Numbered from the stretch's first letter, positions 46,913-56,292 are shown. The stretch: DNA of 64,000 bases from Candidatus Dormiibacterota bacterium (GCA_041691155.1 JBEPVD010000015.1:76-64075); one strand, 5' to 3'. Numbers and translations: made by a program. Notes: a model not told the origin generated them from the sequence alone.

Positions 46913-47887
46913 GTGCATATCGATCTTTTCGTGGCGATTGCAGGTTTAATCGTCGGGTTCGCAGTCGGGCTGACCGGCATGGGTGGGGGCGCATTGATGA
47001 CCCCGATCCTCGTGCTCGTCTTCGGCGTCGCGCCGCTTGCCGCCGTCTCGAGCGACCTGGTCGCATCACTCATCATGAAGCCGATCGGCGCCGCCGTCCA
47101 CGCCGGACGGGGCACCGTGCGCTGGAACCTCGCTGGATGGCTCGCGATCGGATCCGTACCCTCCGCCTTCCTGGGCGTCGTGTTCCTCAAGTCGATCGGC
47201 AACGCCACGCGCATTCAGCAGATCGTGAGCGTCGCGCTCGGATCGGTCCTGCTGGTTGCTGTCGGCGCCCTGCTCTTCAAGATGTACCTCGATCATCGCA
47301 ACGGCACCTCGCGCGGCGTTGACGAGAAGCTGCACGTCAAGAAGGTGCCGACGCTTGCGATCGGCGCGTCCATCGGGTTCATCGTCGGGATCACATCGGT
47401 GGGATCCGGAACCCTGGTCATCATTCTGCTGCTGTTCCTCTACCCGCGTCTTCGCGGCTCGCAGATGGTGGGTACCGACCTGGCGCAGGCGATCCCGATG
47501 GTGGGCTCCGCGGCGGTCGCGCACATCGTGTTCGGAGACTTCATGCTCGGGCTGACGCTCTCCATCCTCATCGGGAGCATTCCGGGCGTTCTCATCGGAG
47601 CGAGCGTGTCGTCATACGCACCCACGGCATTCCTCCGTGGCGCGCTGGCGGCAGTGCTACTGGTGTCCGGTCTGAAGCTGGTCAACGTGCCGACGGCGAT
47701 CATCGGCATCGTCTTGCTCGCAGCCCTGATGGTGCTGGCAGGAGCGTGGCTCTACATCCGGTCGAGCGGTCGCACGCTTCGCGAGATCTCCGGTGAGAAC
47801 GTGATCGACACGACGCCTGCCCCGACCGAACCGGTGCACGCACCGGAACCGGCGCTCGCACCGGAACCGGCGCTCTCTCGACCGTAG
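46913..47887 (+). CDS. TauE/SafE-family sulfite/anion exporter
   Basis: GTG start with AGGAGG upstream. GLTGMGGGALMTP and GITSVGSGTL twin motifs. Eight or more TM helices. Confidence 0.85.
   Translation: MHIDLFVAIAGLIVGFAVGLTGMGGGALMTPILVLVFGVAPLAAVSSDLVASLIMKPIGAAVHAGRGTVRWNLAGWLAIGSVPSAFLGVVFLKSIGNATRIQQIVSVALGSVLLVAVGALLFKMYLDHRNGTSRGVDEKLHVKKVPTLAIGASIGFIVGITSVGSGTLVIILLLFLYPRLRGSQMVGTDLAQAIPMVGSAAVAHIVFGDFMLGLTLSILIGSIPGVLIGASVSSYAPTAFLRGALAAVLLVSGLKLVNVPTAIIGIVLLAALMVLAGAWLYIRSSGRTLREISGENVIDTTPAPTEPVHAPEPALAPEPALSRP
47840..47875 (+). repeat. perfect 18-bp tandem duplication (gcaccggaaccggcgctc x2) encoding APEPAL-APEPAL
   Basis: Read directly from the sequence at the 3' end of the TauE gene. 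Confidence 0.9.
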
Positions 47888-47890
47888 GGA

Positions 47891-48707
47891 TCAGCGCGAG
47901 GGCGGACCCGCCTCCAGGCGATGACGCACCTCGCGCATGCGCTTGTCGCTGTGGTGCGGTAGCTCCCAACGGGTCTCGAGCCACCACGTCGCTCCGGCGT
48001 CTGCCCACGGTCTGACCTTCTCGGTAGCGGCGGCTCGATCGTCTGCCGGCGTCTCACCGTCGAGGATCACCTCGAGGTCGTCGCGACCGCGCTCGGCGCA
48101 CCAGGTTCGGAGATCGCGCAGGTCATCGGGAGTGGCGTCGCGACCCTCGATCTGCCACTGCGGCACGACACCGTCGCAGCGCAGCACGCGGGTCATCGAC
48201 TTCGGCCGGGGCCATACGCCGACGACCCAGATGGGAATCCGGGATTGCACCGGCCGGCCGGCTTCGGCGAGGTCTGAGCGCTCAGTTGCGTAGTTGTGGT
48301 GGCGTCCGTGATAGCTCGTGCCGCCATCCCAGAGGGCGCGGATCAGATCGATGCCATCATCCAGATACTCAGCGCGCAGAAAGCTCGAGCACCTCGCCGG
48401 TCAGGGGCAGGTCCGTCTCGATCGCGCCCAGGCCGACGGCGAGGATCGCTCGACCGTTCGAGATCTGATCGAGCGTGACCACCTGGCTTGCCACTTTCCA
48501 GGGACGGCGCCAGGGGAGCGGCGTGAGCATCGTGCCGAGCTTGACGCGGGTCGTACGCGCGCCGATGGCCGCGAGTAACGACCACGCGTCGACGCCGTAG
48601 GCGGCCTCCCACACAAACACGCCGTCCCAGCCCGACTGCTCGGCCAGAATCGCGTGCTCGAGCTGCTGAGCTGCGGTCCCACCCGGAAGCACCACCCCGA
48701 ACTGCAT
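47891..48707 (-). pseudogene. LLM-class (luciferase-like, probably F420-dependent) oxidoreductase interrupted by a frameshift
   Basis: The N-terminal part is in ORF 48369..48731 (MQFGVVLP from 48707) and the C-terminal part is in ORF 47891..48250. The C-terminal frame stays open up to 48400 and encodes ..RAEYLDDGIDLIRALWDGG.., which continues the N-terminal part. Both frames are open only between 48372 and 48400, a stretch that contains a GCGCGC run and an AAA run. Confidence 0.6.
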
Positions 48708-48841
48708 TCGATCCTCCTCATCCGGCCCCAACGCGAGTGCGACGGTATCACCCGATCTCGTGACCAGCGTTCCTTTTCTGGGTAGGCTCGCGTATCACCC
48801 TCGTGTTCAGCGGTCCCCGACACCCGTACCGCCGTCTCGGC

Positions 48842-50002
48842 ATGACTACCGCGCTCGCCGTCGCGGCGGTTGCCGGGTGCGGCAGTCCTGCGGCGACGTC
48901 GCCGAGCGTGGTGCCCGCGACACCGACCGCGAGCCACACGCCGGCGCCCTCTCCGACGCCGACCGCCGTGGTCTGCTCGAACGCGACGATGCTCGCGACC
49001 TGGAGCCTCACGCGGCTTGCGGAGCAGACGCTGGTGGTACCGGTCGCGGAGACCGACGTGTCATCGATCACGACCGAGATCGCGGCGGGTGCGGGCGGCG
49101 TGATCCTGTTCGGATCGACTGCTCCCTCGAATTTGGGGACCGCGCTGCACACGCTCGAAGCCGCCGCACCGGGTGGCATCACACCGTTTGTGATGACCGA
49201 CGAGGAGGGGGGCGTCGTGCAACGGATGGCCAACCTGGTCGGATCGATTCCGTCGGCGCGTGAGATGGCGGCAACCATGACCGCCGCACAGATCCAGGCG
49301 CTCGCGACCACGGTCGCCAGGCGGATGCGAGCCGCGGGTGTGACCATGGACCTGGCCCCTGTGCTCGACCTCGACAACGGCATCGGTCCGAACAATCAGG
49401 ACCCGGACGGCACGAGATCGTTCAGCCTCAATGCCACAGTGGCGGCGGCTGACGGTACAGCCTTCATGGCCGGGCTCCGTGCCGGTGGGATTGTGCCCGT
49501 GATCAAGCACTTCCCCGGTCTTGGACAGGCGAGCCGCAATACGGACGTTGGCCCTGCCACGACGCTGCCGTGGAGCACGCTGGAACACGCTGGTTTGTTG
49601 CCGTTCGAGCAGGCGATCACAGCGGGGGCGCCAGTCGTGATGATCGCCAACGCGGTCGTGCCGGGGCTGTCGACGCTGCCGGCGAGCATCTCCCCCGCCG
49701 TGATCACCCACGAGCTCCGGGAGCAGCTCGCCTACAAGGGTCTTGTCATGACCGACTCGCTGTCTTCCGGTGCGCTGGTCGACATCGGCTATTCGGTGCC
49801 CAAGGCCGTGGTCGCTGCCGAAGCGGCAGGCGCCGACATGGTGCTGTACACAGCGCCTGCGGCGCAGGTCGCATCACTGACCAGCCAGACGGCTGCGGCG
49901 CTGGTCGCGGCGGTGGATGCGAACACGCTGAGCTACACGCAGTTGGTCAGTGCGGTCGAGCAGATCCTCGCCCTGAAAGGAGTCAATCTCTGTACCGGTT
50001 GA
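48842..50002 (+). CDS. glycoside hydrolase family 3 lipoprotein (NagZ/LpqI-like beta-N-acetylhexosaminidase)
   Basis: ATG at 48842 and lipobox VAGCGS. GH3 N-terminal motifs DEEGGVVQR, KHFPGLG and VMTDSL. Confidence 0.85.
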   Translation: MTTALAVAAVAGCGSPAATSPSVVPATPTASHTPAPSPTPTAVVCSNATMLATWSLTRLAEQTLVVPVAETDVSSITTEIAAGAGGVILFGSTAPSNLGTALHTLEAAAPGGITPFVMTDEEGGVVQRMANLVGSIPSAREMAATMTAAQIQALATTVARRMRAAGVTMDLAPVLDLDNGIGPNNQDPDGTRSFSLNATVAAADGTAFMAGLRAGGIVPVIKHFPGLGQASRNTDVGPATTLPWSTLEHAGLLPFEQAITAGAPVVMIANAVVPGLSTLPASISPAVITHELREQLAYKGLVMTDSLSSGALVDIGYSVPKAVVAAEAAGADMVLYTAPAAQVASLTSQTAAALVAAVDANTLSYTQLVSAVEQILALKGVNLCTG

Positions 50003-51231
50003 CGTCCTGCAGTCGTCATGCTGCGGCGTGGAACGCGCGCCGAGAATGCGCAATCGGCGGACGTTTCGCGCTGGTTGCGTTGGGGGCGGCATTGCTGTCC
50101 GCATGTGGGTCGACGGCGAGGGCAGTGCCCTCCGACTCGCCGACACCTGCGCAGACGCTGACCCCACTGCCGAGCGCGACGCCGACCGGCACACCGACGC
50201 CTGCGCCGGCGCTCAACGTCATGCCGCTCATCCCTGTGCTCGGCGCCGATGGCACCCTGCACTTGCTCGGTGAAGACGGCACCGCGTCAGCGTCGATCCC
50301 CGCCGCAACCAGTCTCGAGCTGTTCTCACCATTCGGGAATGCATTTCTGGCCGGGACAGTCTCGAATGGGCAGCTTTCGGCGCTGGTCGCTTTGCAGCCC
50401 GATGGGACCGTGCAAGCACTCCAGAGCATCGCCGGCCCGTCGAGGGTGTTCACACCGAGCGGAGCGATCGACGGGCACGCCTTCGCGTGGCTCGCTGGGA
50501 CGCCCTATTCGAGTCTCTGCAACAACGGCATGAGCAGCGGGACGGTCGACGTCGAGACACCGGGCGGGCCGATGACGGTCATCGCGCAGCTGCCGAATAG
50601 CGGCGCCACCTCGGCGTGGACGATCGGCGGATGGATCGGCGACGACGTCTGGCTTGTGCAAACGACAGGCTGCGTGGCCCCCGGAGGCGGCGGGACGACG
50701 ACCGCATACATCGCCCACCACTCGGGTGGTGCACTCACTCCAGTGCAATCGCAACTCGGTGCGGGGTGCGTGCTCACGGCAGTCGCGGTCAACGGTTCGA
50801 TGCTGTGCACGACGGAACCCAGATTGCCGTCGGCTACCACATGGCGTTTCCTCAACAACAGCGTGGGCGTGATTCGGAACTTCAACGTCAGTTCGCTCGG
50901 CGCGCTCTGCACGGGACATGGATCGCTGCACGACTTCGAGGGGGTGACGTTGTCGGCCGACTCGCAATACCTGACCGTCGACGCCGGCTGTCTGCTGGGC
51001 AACACGCGCTTCGATCAGCTCTTCATCATCACCACCGCCACCGGCGCCGCACAACCGGTCGCGACGAGCACGTATCTGGCGGCGGACTCATGGCTCCCCG
51101 ACGACACGTTGCTGTGCAACGACCTGAGCAATCCAAGTGGGGCCGTCGCCTATCTCGTGTCACGCGAAGGCGTCGTCAGCGCGTTCAGCGCCGGTGACGC
51201 CACCTGGGTCGGCGGCGGAGTCGACTGGTAG
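49999..51231 (+). CDS. uncharacterised Cys-rich lipoprotein
   Basis: This is the downstream part of ORF 49570..51231. A TTG at 49999 overlaps the GH3 stop (TTGA). Lipobox LLSACGS and a Pro/Thr linker. The body is rich in Gly, Thr and Ser, contains seven Cys, and matches no family I recognise. Confidence 0.6.
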   Translation: MTSCSRHAAAWNARRECAIGGRFALVALGAALLSACGSTARAVPSDSPTPAQTLTPLPSATPTGTPTPAPALNVMPLIPVLGADGTLHLLGEDGTASASIPAATSLELFSPFGNAFLAGTVSNGQLSALVALQPDGTVQALQSIAGPSRVFTPSGAIDGHAFAWLAGTPYSSLCNNGMSSGTVDVETPGGPMTVIAQLPNSGATSAWTIGGWIGDDVWLVQTTGCVAPGGGGTTTAYIAHHSGGALTPVQSQLGAGCVLTAVAVNGSMLCTTEPRLPSATTWRFLNNSVGVIRNFNVSSLGALCTGHGSLHDFEGVTLSADSQYLTVDAGCLLGNTRFDQLFIITTATGAAQPVATSTYLAADSWLPDDTLLCNDLSNPSGAVAYLVSREGVVSAFSAGDATWVGGGVDW

Positions 51232-51237
51232 GCGGCG

Positions 51238-52104
51238 TCAGCTGTTGGTCTCGTCGGGAGGAAACAACGCGGGATCGGGAAAGGCGGCTGCAGGCGCCGC
51301 TATGTCGGGATGCGTCGGGCAGTGCGCGTCCAGCGTGTACGAGGTCATCGACAGCGATCCGAATGTGTACCCGTCGACGAGCACGTCGAGAGTTTCAGCG
51401 GTTGCCCCGGCGACACCTGCGAGGTAGAGCAAGGGGAGAAAGTGATCAGGGGTCGGCACGGCGAGCCGGAATTCCGGACGCGCGTCAAGGGTGAGCACGT
51501 CGGTCGGCGCGTCCTGCATCTTCTCGCGCACGGCCTCGTCAAAACGATGCGCCCAGTCGAAGCCACCGTCCGGGTTGCCGAAATCCATGCCGCCGAGGTT
51601 GTGCACCACGTTGCCGCTGCTGACGATGAGCACACCGGAGTTGCGGAGCGGTGCGAGTCGCGCGCCGATGTCGACGTGATAGTCGAACGGCTTCGCAGCG
51701 TTGATGGACAGCTGGACGACCGGGATGTCTGCTGCCGGAAACGCGTGCGCGAGGACCGACCAGGTGCCGTGGTCGATCCCCCAGCTGTCGTGATCGAGTC
51801 CTACCCACACCGGTTTGACGATCTCCGCAACCTCTTCCGCGAAGACGGTCGACCCAGGTGCGGGGTACTCGAAATCGAACAGCGCCTGCGGAAAGCCGTA
51901 GAAGTCATGGATGGTGCGCGGGGTCGGCATCGCGGTCACGGCCGTCGACCCGATGTACCAGTGCGCGGAGACGACGAGAATCGCGCGCGGGCGTGGTACC
52001 GACGCGCCGAATCCCGCCCACGCGGCGGTGTAGCGATTCGTCTCCAGCGCGTTCATCGGGCTGCCATGCCCGAGAAACACCGCCGGCATTGGGGCGTCAG
52101 CCAT
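51238..52104 (-). CDS. 4,5-DOPA dioxygenase extradiol-like (LigB/YgiD family)
   Basis: PAVFLGHGSPMNA, VVSAHW, HDFYGFP and GNVVHNL motifs. Confidence 0.85.
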   Translation of the reverse strand: MADAPMPAVFLGHGSPMNALETNRYTAAWAGFGASVPRPRAILVVSAHWYIGSTAVTAMPTPRTIHDFYGFPQALFDFEYPAPGSTVFAEEVAEIVKPVWVGLDHDSWGIDHGTWSVLAHAFPAADIPVVQLSINAAKPFDYHVDIGARLAPLRNSGVLIVSSGNVVHNLGGMDFGNPDGGFDWAHRFDEAVREKMQDAPTDVLTLDARPEFRLAVPTPDHFLPLLYLAGVAGATAETLDVLVDGYTFGSLSMTSYTLDAHCPTHPDIAAPAAAFPDPALFPPDETNS

Positions 52105-52139
52105 GCCCGTATCCTACTGGCTGGTCCGGGCCGAGAGAT

Positions 52140-53093
52140 TCAACTCTGGCGCTGAAACGCCATAGCCCTTCCCTGGGCGGAAATGGTGAGCGTGGTGCCC
52201 GCAACCCATGCCGGAGCCGCCTCATCCTTCCCGAACACGTCCGAGCGCAACTGCCCTTCTGCGTCGACCGTCCACTGCCCGCTCATCTGGTGTCCGTTCG
52301 GCATCGATCCGCTGACGGTACCGTCGGCGCCGAACACGACCGAGAGGAAGCCGTTGCTCCACGAGCCGACGATCGCTTCGGCGAGCGGGCGCGCATCCTG
52401 CTGATCTGCCGGCGGCGGCGTTGTGGACCCCTCCATCTGCGCCTTCATCTGGGCACCCATCGCCGCCATCTGTGCGCGCGTTTCGGCGAGGGAGACCTCG
52501 TCATGTTTGTGCGTTCCGGCAACGAGGTTCCGCATCATCGATTGCGCCGACGCAGCGGTCAGGTCCGGAATCACGGGGTCGGGCAGTCGCTGGAGGTTGA
52601 CGACTCGCTTGCTGCGTGGCAGATAGAAGATCCGGACGTAGCCCGCATCCGGAGCCGCATGGAAACCGGCGCGCCCGGTCTGGAAATGCATGCCGGCAAC
52701 GTCGAGGAGGTAGGTTTCGCTGCTGCTCTTTCCGGTCTCGCTCTGGAGCATGCGCTTGATGATCGCGCCGTCGACCGACACGACCTTTCCGGCTCGTACG
52801 TCATTGGTGATCGAATCACCGCCGGTCAGCGCACGCACGATCAAGAGGGCCGCGATCACGAAGCAGACGATGCCCACGATGGGCTTGAGGGTTGCGTCCT
52901 TCGCGGGGCCGGCGGTGAACGCCACCAGCGCGCCGATGATCACGAGGATGGCGGCGAGACTCAACTCGGTCTTCCGAACTCCACGCGACCGGCTCCGCCA
53001 GTTGCTGCGTTGCTGATCGGTCAGGCGTCCGGCCTGGTTGGTCTCGATCGCGCTCTGAGGGAACGGGCCCTCGTCGCTCGCGGATGTGGTCAT
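52140..53093 (-). CDS. hypothetical membrane protein (two TM helices, C-terminal soluble domain)
   Basis: 317-aa ORF with ATG at 53093. Two adjacent TM helices (LAAILVIIGALVAF, IVGIVCFVIAALLIV). No recognised family. Confidence 0.6.
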   Translation of the reverse strand: MTTSASDEGPFPQSAIETNQAGRLTDQQRSNWRSRSRGVRKTELSLAAILVIIGALVAFTAGPAKDATLKPIVGIVCFVIAALLIVRALTGGDSITNDVRAGKVVSVDGAIIKRMLQSETGKSSSETYLLDVAGMHFQTGRAGFHAAPDAGYVRIFYLPRSKRVVNLQRLPDPVIPDLTAASAQSMMRNLVAGTHKHDEVSLAETRAQMAAMGAQMKAQMEGSTTPPPADQQDARPLAEAIVGSWSNGFLSVVFGADGTVSGSMPNGHQMSGQWTVDAEGQLRSDVFGKDEAAPAWVAGTTLTISAQGRAMAFQRQS

Positions 53094-53163
53094 TGCGGTT
53101 CCCTCGAAATGATCCGGCGCGAACCATACGCTACCGGTTCAATGGTCGAAGAGCACGACCTTC

Positions 53164-53706
53164 TCAGCCCAAGGGCGGCAGGGCGATGGCATACCGCGTC
53201 TCCGGAATCGAGTACCCCGAACGGTCCTCATCGCGCTCCTCACCGGTGACCGACCAACCGCGCGCCTCATAGAAGCGGCGGGCGTCCTGGTTGTCTCGGA
53301 GCACCCAGAGCACAACGCGCTCGAAGCCACGGTTCGCGAGTCGCCGCAGCGCGTCGTCGAGCAGCATCCGTCCGATGCCCCGGCGCCATAGGTTCGGACC
53401 GATGTGCAGCGAGTAGATCTCGCCGATGGTCGCTGCGAGCGGGTCAACCCTGGGCCCGAAGCTGCACAGGCCGAGGATGTTGTCGCCTTCAACGGCGAGG
53501 GTCGTCTCAATGACTTCCACCTCCTCGGGTGAGAAGGTGCGCTCCCATCTGGCAACACGGCTCTCGTGGGTAACCCGGTCGAGGTATTCGTCCGAGATGA
53601 GGCCGCGATACGCGGCCAACCAACTCGCGAGATGCATCGTCGCGATCGCGTCGACGTCGGCAGGCGTCGCGCGGCGGATCGTCGCGTTGGGGTGCAGCTG
53701 CGGCAT
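53164..53706 (-). CDS. GNAT-family N-acetyltransferase
   Basis: ATG at 53706 (MPQLHPNATIRRATPADV). Acetyl-CoA motif HIGPNLWRRGIGRMLL, followed by FYEARGW. Confidence 0.85.
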   Translation of the reverse strand: MPQLHPNATIRRATPADVDAIATMHLASWLAAYRGLISDEYLDRVTHESRVARWERTFSPEEVEVIETTLAVEGDNILGLCSFGPRVDPLAATIGEIYSLHIGPNLWRRGIGRMLLDDALRRLANRGFERVVLWVLRDNQDARRFYEARGWSVTGEERDEDRSGYSIPETRYAIALPPLG

Positions 53707-53767
53707 GCTCCCGATCCTACCCAGTCGCGTCGATCGCACTCCCCGGGGTTCGCGAGCCGCTGGTAGC

Positions 53768-54610
53768 ATGGCCCGGGCTGTCGTGGACGCCCGATGCGGC
53801 GACGATCTCCAGGAGGCCCAGTTCTTGGCTCACCGCGGTGCGCGGATCGCGACCGTCGCGATCGCACTCTCGACGTTCGGTTCGGTGCTGATTGCGCAGC
53901 ACGGTGACGCGGCACACCGCGCCACGCTGGAAGCGCAGGTGAGCGCGACATCATCGACGGGCGCCTTGTGGGGCATCGACACCGTGGACAACGTGCAGAC
54001 GAGCAATATCCTTGCGCAGACCACCAGCGAACTCGGCAGCCCGCAGTTCGTGGGGCGATACCTCATCTACAGCAGCAGGATCTCGAGCACGGAAGCGCAA
54101 TACATTCACGGGCAAGGCCTCTCGATCCTGCTCATCGACGACCCGAATCGCGCGTTCACTTCCGGCTCGGTCGATGCGCGACAGGCGATCGCGCAAGCGC
54201 ACACGCTGGCCGTGCCGCAGGGCATTGCGATCTTTCGCGACGTCGAGACCAGCGATCCGATTTCGTCCCCATACATCACCGCGTACGTTGCCGCCTTCGC
54301 CGGGTCCGGCTACATCCCAGGGTTCTACGAGAATCCGATCAACGGAGTGTTCGCGGACGCGTATTGCGGGCTGGTGGCCGCCAATCCCGCCGCGGTGCGA
54401 GGTGCATTGCTGTACTCGAGTGAGCCGGAGCGCACCGGGAGCGACCCGCACCGCGCCCTGCGACCAAACTACAAACCCGATCAGCCTGGCTGCTCCAATC
54501 ACACCGCTGCGTGGCAGTACCTGGAGCGGGGACTCTTTCCGTCCGGGACATTCCCGAACGTGGATGTCGACGAACTGCCCGCGCGGTTTTCGCACGTCCT
54601 CTGGTCCTGA
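53768..54610 (+). CDS. DUF1906 (Rv2525c-like glycoside-hydrolase-fold) domain protein
   Basis: ATG at 53768 and one N-terminal hydrophobic segment. GIDT..FVGRYL..EAQYIHGQGLSILLI pattern of DUF1906. Confidence 0.7.
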   Translation: MARAVVDARCGDDLQEAQFLAHRGARIATVAIALSTFGSVLIAQHGDAAHRATLEAQVSATSSTGALWGIDTVDNVQTSNILAQTTSELGSPQFVGRYLIYSSRISSTEAQYIHGQGLSILLIDDPNRAFTSGSVDARQAIAQAHTLAVPQGIAIFRDVETSDPISSPYITAYVAAFAGSGYIPGFYENPINGVFADAYCGLVAANPAAVRGALLYSSEPERTGSDPHRALRPNYKPDQPGCSNHTAAWQYLERGLFPSGTFPNVDVDELPARFSHVLWS

Positions 54611-54622
54611 ACCAGAGGAGCC

Positions 54623-55207
54623 CTACACCGCGTTTCGTCGTGGACGGTAGATCAGGATCAAGGTTTCGCCGGCCGGGCGCGAGGCAGCCAGTTCAAAGCT
54701 CAGCGGCGCGTCAGTGTCGTTGAACAACCGCGTTCCTTTCCCGAGCACGACTGGGTAGACCATCAACCGGTACTCGTCGATCAGGTCGTGCTCTTGCAAC
54801 GTCCGGACAAGTTGCCCGCTCCCGTTGACCAGGATGTCGGCGTCGATCCGATTTTTCAACGACCGCACCGCTGCCGGTACATCACCGTTGATCACCGTCG
54901 AGTTGTTCCAGGTGCCCTCACGGAGTGTCGACGACACGACGTACTTCGGCATCCCATTCATCTTGTCGGCGAACTCGTCGTGCATCGTGGGCCACGCCTT
55001 CGCGAAGCCCTCATAGGTCTGGCGACCAAGCAGGAGCGCGGCCGCCGCCATGACCTCGTCGAACTTGAATTTGTCGCCCTCGGCGCCGCGGTTGAACTTG
55101 AACGCCCACCCACCTCGGTGGAACTCACCGGAGCCGCCCGGATCCTGGAAGACACCGTCCATCGTGACGAACTGCGAAACCACAATGCTGCCCACGAAGC
55201 ACCTCAC
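54623..55207 (-). CDS. dihydrofolate-reductase-family protein (RibD C-terminal domain)
   Basis: The FVTMDGV..GR.TYE..KYVVSSTL..GSGQLV..DEYRLMVYPVVLG pattern. The start may be GTG at 55195. Confidence 0.85.
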   Translation of the reverse strand: MRCFVGSIVVSQFVTMDGVFQDPGGSGEFHRGGWAFKFNRGAEGDKFKFDEVMAAAALLLGRQTYEGFAKAWPTMHDEFADKMNGMPKYVVSSTLREGTWNNSTVINGDVPAAVRSLKNRIDADILVNGSGQLVRTLQEHDLIDEYRLMVYPVVLGKGTRLFNDTDAPLSFELAASRPAGETLILIYRPRRNAV

Positions 55208-55353
55208 AACTCACATTCGCTGACCGTCGAGTCGCACGTCGGGCGCACGGCGCACGCGACATCAAGCCTGATCGGAGGCGCCATTCTGACGGGTGTGGGC
55301 CGCGTCATAGACGGCGCGCAACGCGATCATGTTCCCGACCCCGGTGCGGGGAC

Positions 55354-55590
55354 TCAGCAGTCCACGCACGGAGTGAGGTCGCTCGACTTCGGGTCGCCGG
55401 CCGACGAGCGGTGCACCAGCACCACGCCACGCGGCGCCCAGAAGGCTGTCCACGCGCGCGCCACCCGACCTGGCCCAAGCAACTGACGTTGCGCCCGGCG
55501 CTGCTGCGCGCGAGCCGTCGCCATGATCGCGTTGCGCATGTGCTCCTGCTCGGCGAGCTGAGCCATCTCGATCAACTGGGGTCCGTACAT
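55354..55590 (-). CDS. hypothetical 78-aa protein
   Basis: ATG at 55590 with GGAGG 7 nt upstream. Hand-counted third-position GC is about 86 percent. The N-terminal half looks helical (MYGPQLIEMAQLAEQEHMRNAIMATARAQQRRAQRQ). No family recognised. Confidence 0.45.
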   Translation of the reverse strand: MYGPQLIEMAQLAEQEHMRNAIMATARAQQRRAQRQLLGPGRVARAWTAFWAPRGVVLVHRSSAGDPKSSDLTPCVDC

Positions 55591-55628
55591 CTCACTGCCT
55601 CCGGTATGAATCACCATCGAAGGTGGTT

Positions 55629-55684
55629 TACTGGTGACATTGTACCGTGGCCACCATCACTTGTCAAATGCGTATACTGGTGAC
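55629..55684. repeat. two copies of tactggtgac spaced 46 bp apart in the divergent promoter region
   Basis: The copies are at 55629..55638 and 55675..55684. The second overlaps a TATACT -10-like hexamer (55673..55678) upstream of the CGNR gene. Confidence 0.3.
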
Positions 55685-55713
55685 GATGACTACCACGACC
55701 AGCCCCGTCTGAT

Positions 55714-56292
55714 ATGAGCGAACCCGAGAGTCGCGACCCCGCGCCGGGCACGCTGCGCCTGGTCCAGCGGTTCATCAACAGCACCGAGATGCTCGATGGC
55801 GTGGACCAACTTCGCACCGTCCCGCTCGCGACCGAGTGGCTGCACGACGCGATCGGGGTATGGCTGAAGCTATCGGAGAAGGACCGTGACCGGCTGATCG
55901 CAACGCGCGAATCGCTTCGAGATCTCCTCGAGGCACACAACGGAGAGAACGTCGACCCGGCGGTGACTGTGAGATTGCAGAAGCTGCTCGGGCGCGCCCC
56001 GCTGCGCCCGATCCTCTCTGCCGACGGCGCCGCGCTGGCGGTGGACTGCGCCGGCGTGAATCAGTTTCTCGGCATGATCTCCACGGCGATCGTCGAGGCG
56101 ACACTCATGGGGACATGGTCGAGATTCAAGGTCTGCCGGAGTGAGCCCTGCCGGTGGGCGTACTTCGACCACTCCAAAAACGGCTGCAGTTGCTGGTGCT
56201 CGATGCGCGTCTGTGGCTCGCGGGAGAAGGCGCGCACCTACCGCGCTCGGCAGAAGGCCGTCGTCATCCCGGAGCCCGTCCCTCAGAGCTGA
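55714..56292 (+). CDS. CGNR zinc-finger (ABATE domain) putative regulator
   Basis: The C-terminal C..C..F.D.S.N....WCSM..CG(S)REKARTYR motif is typical of zf-CGNR. Confidence 0.85.
   Translation: MSEPESRDPAPGTLRLVQRFINSTEMLDGVDQLRTVPLATEWLHDAIGVWLKLSEKDRDRLIATRESLRDLLEAHNGENVDPAVTVRLQKLLGRAPLRPILSADGAALAVDCAGVNQFLGMISTAIVEATLMGTWSRFKVCRSEPCRWAYFDHSKNGCSCWCSMRVCGSREKARTYRARQKAVVIPEPVPQS

Noticed and set aside
55262-55453. 63-aa minus-strand ORF overlapping the 78-aa small gene in another frame, raising the possibility of one frameshifted larger gene.
   Set aside because: It has no recognisable domain in either frame and no start signal. The 78-aa frame alone has a strong SD and coding-like third-position GC.
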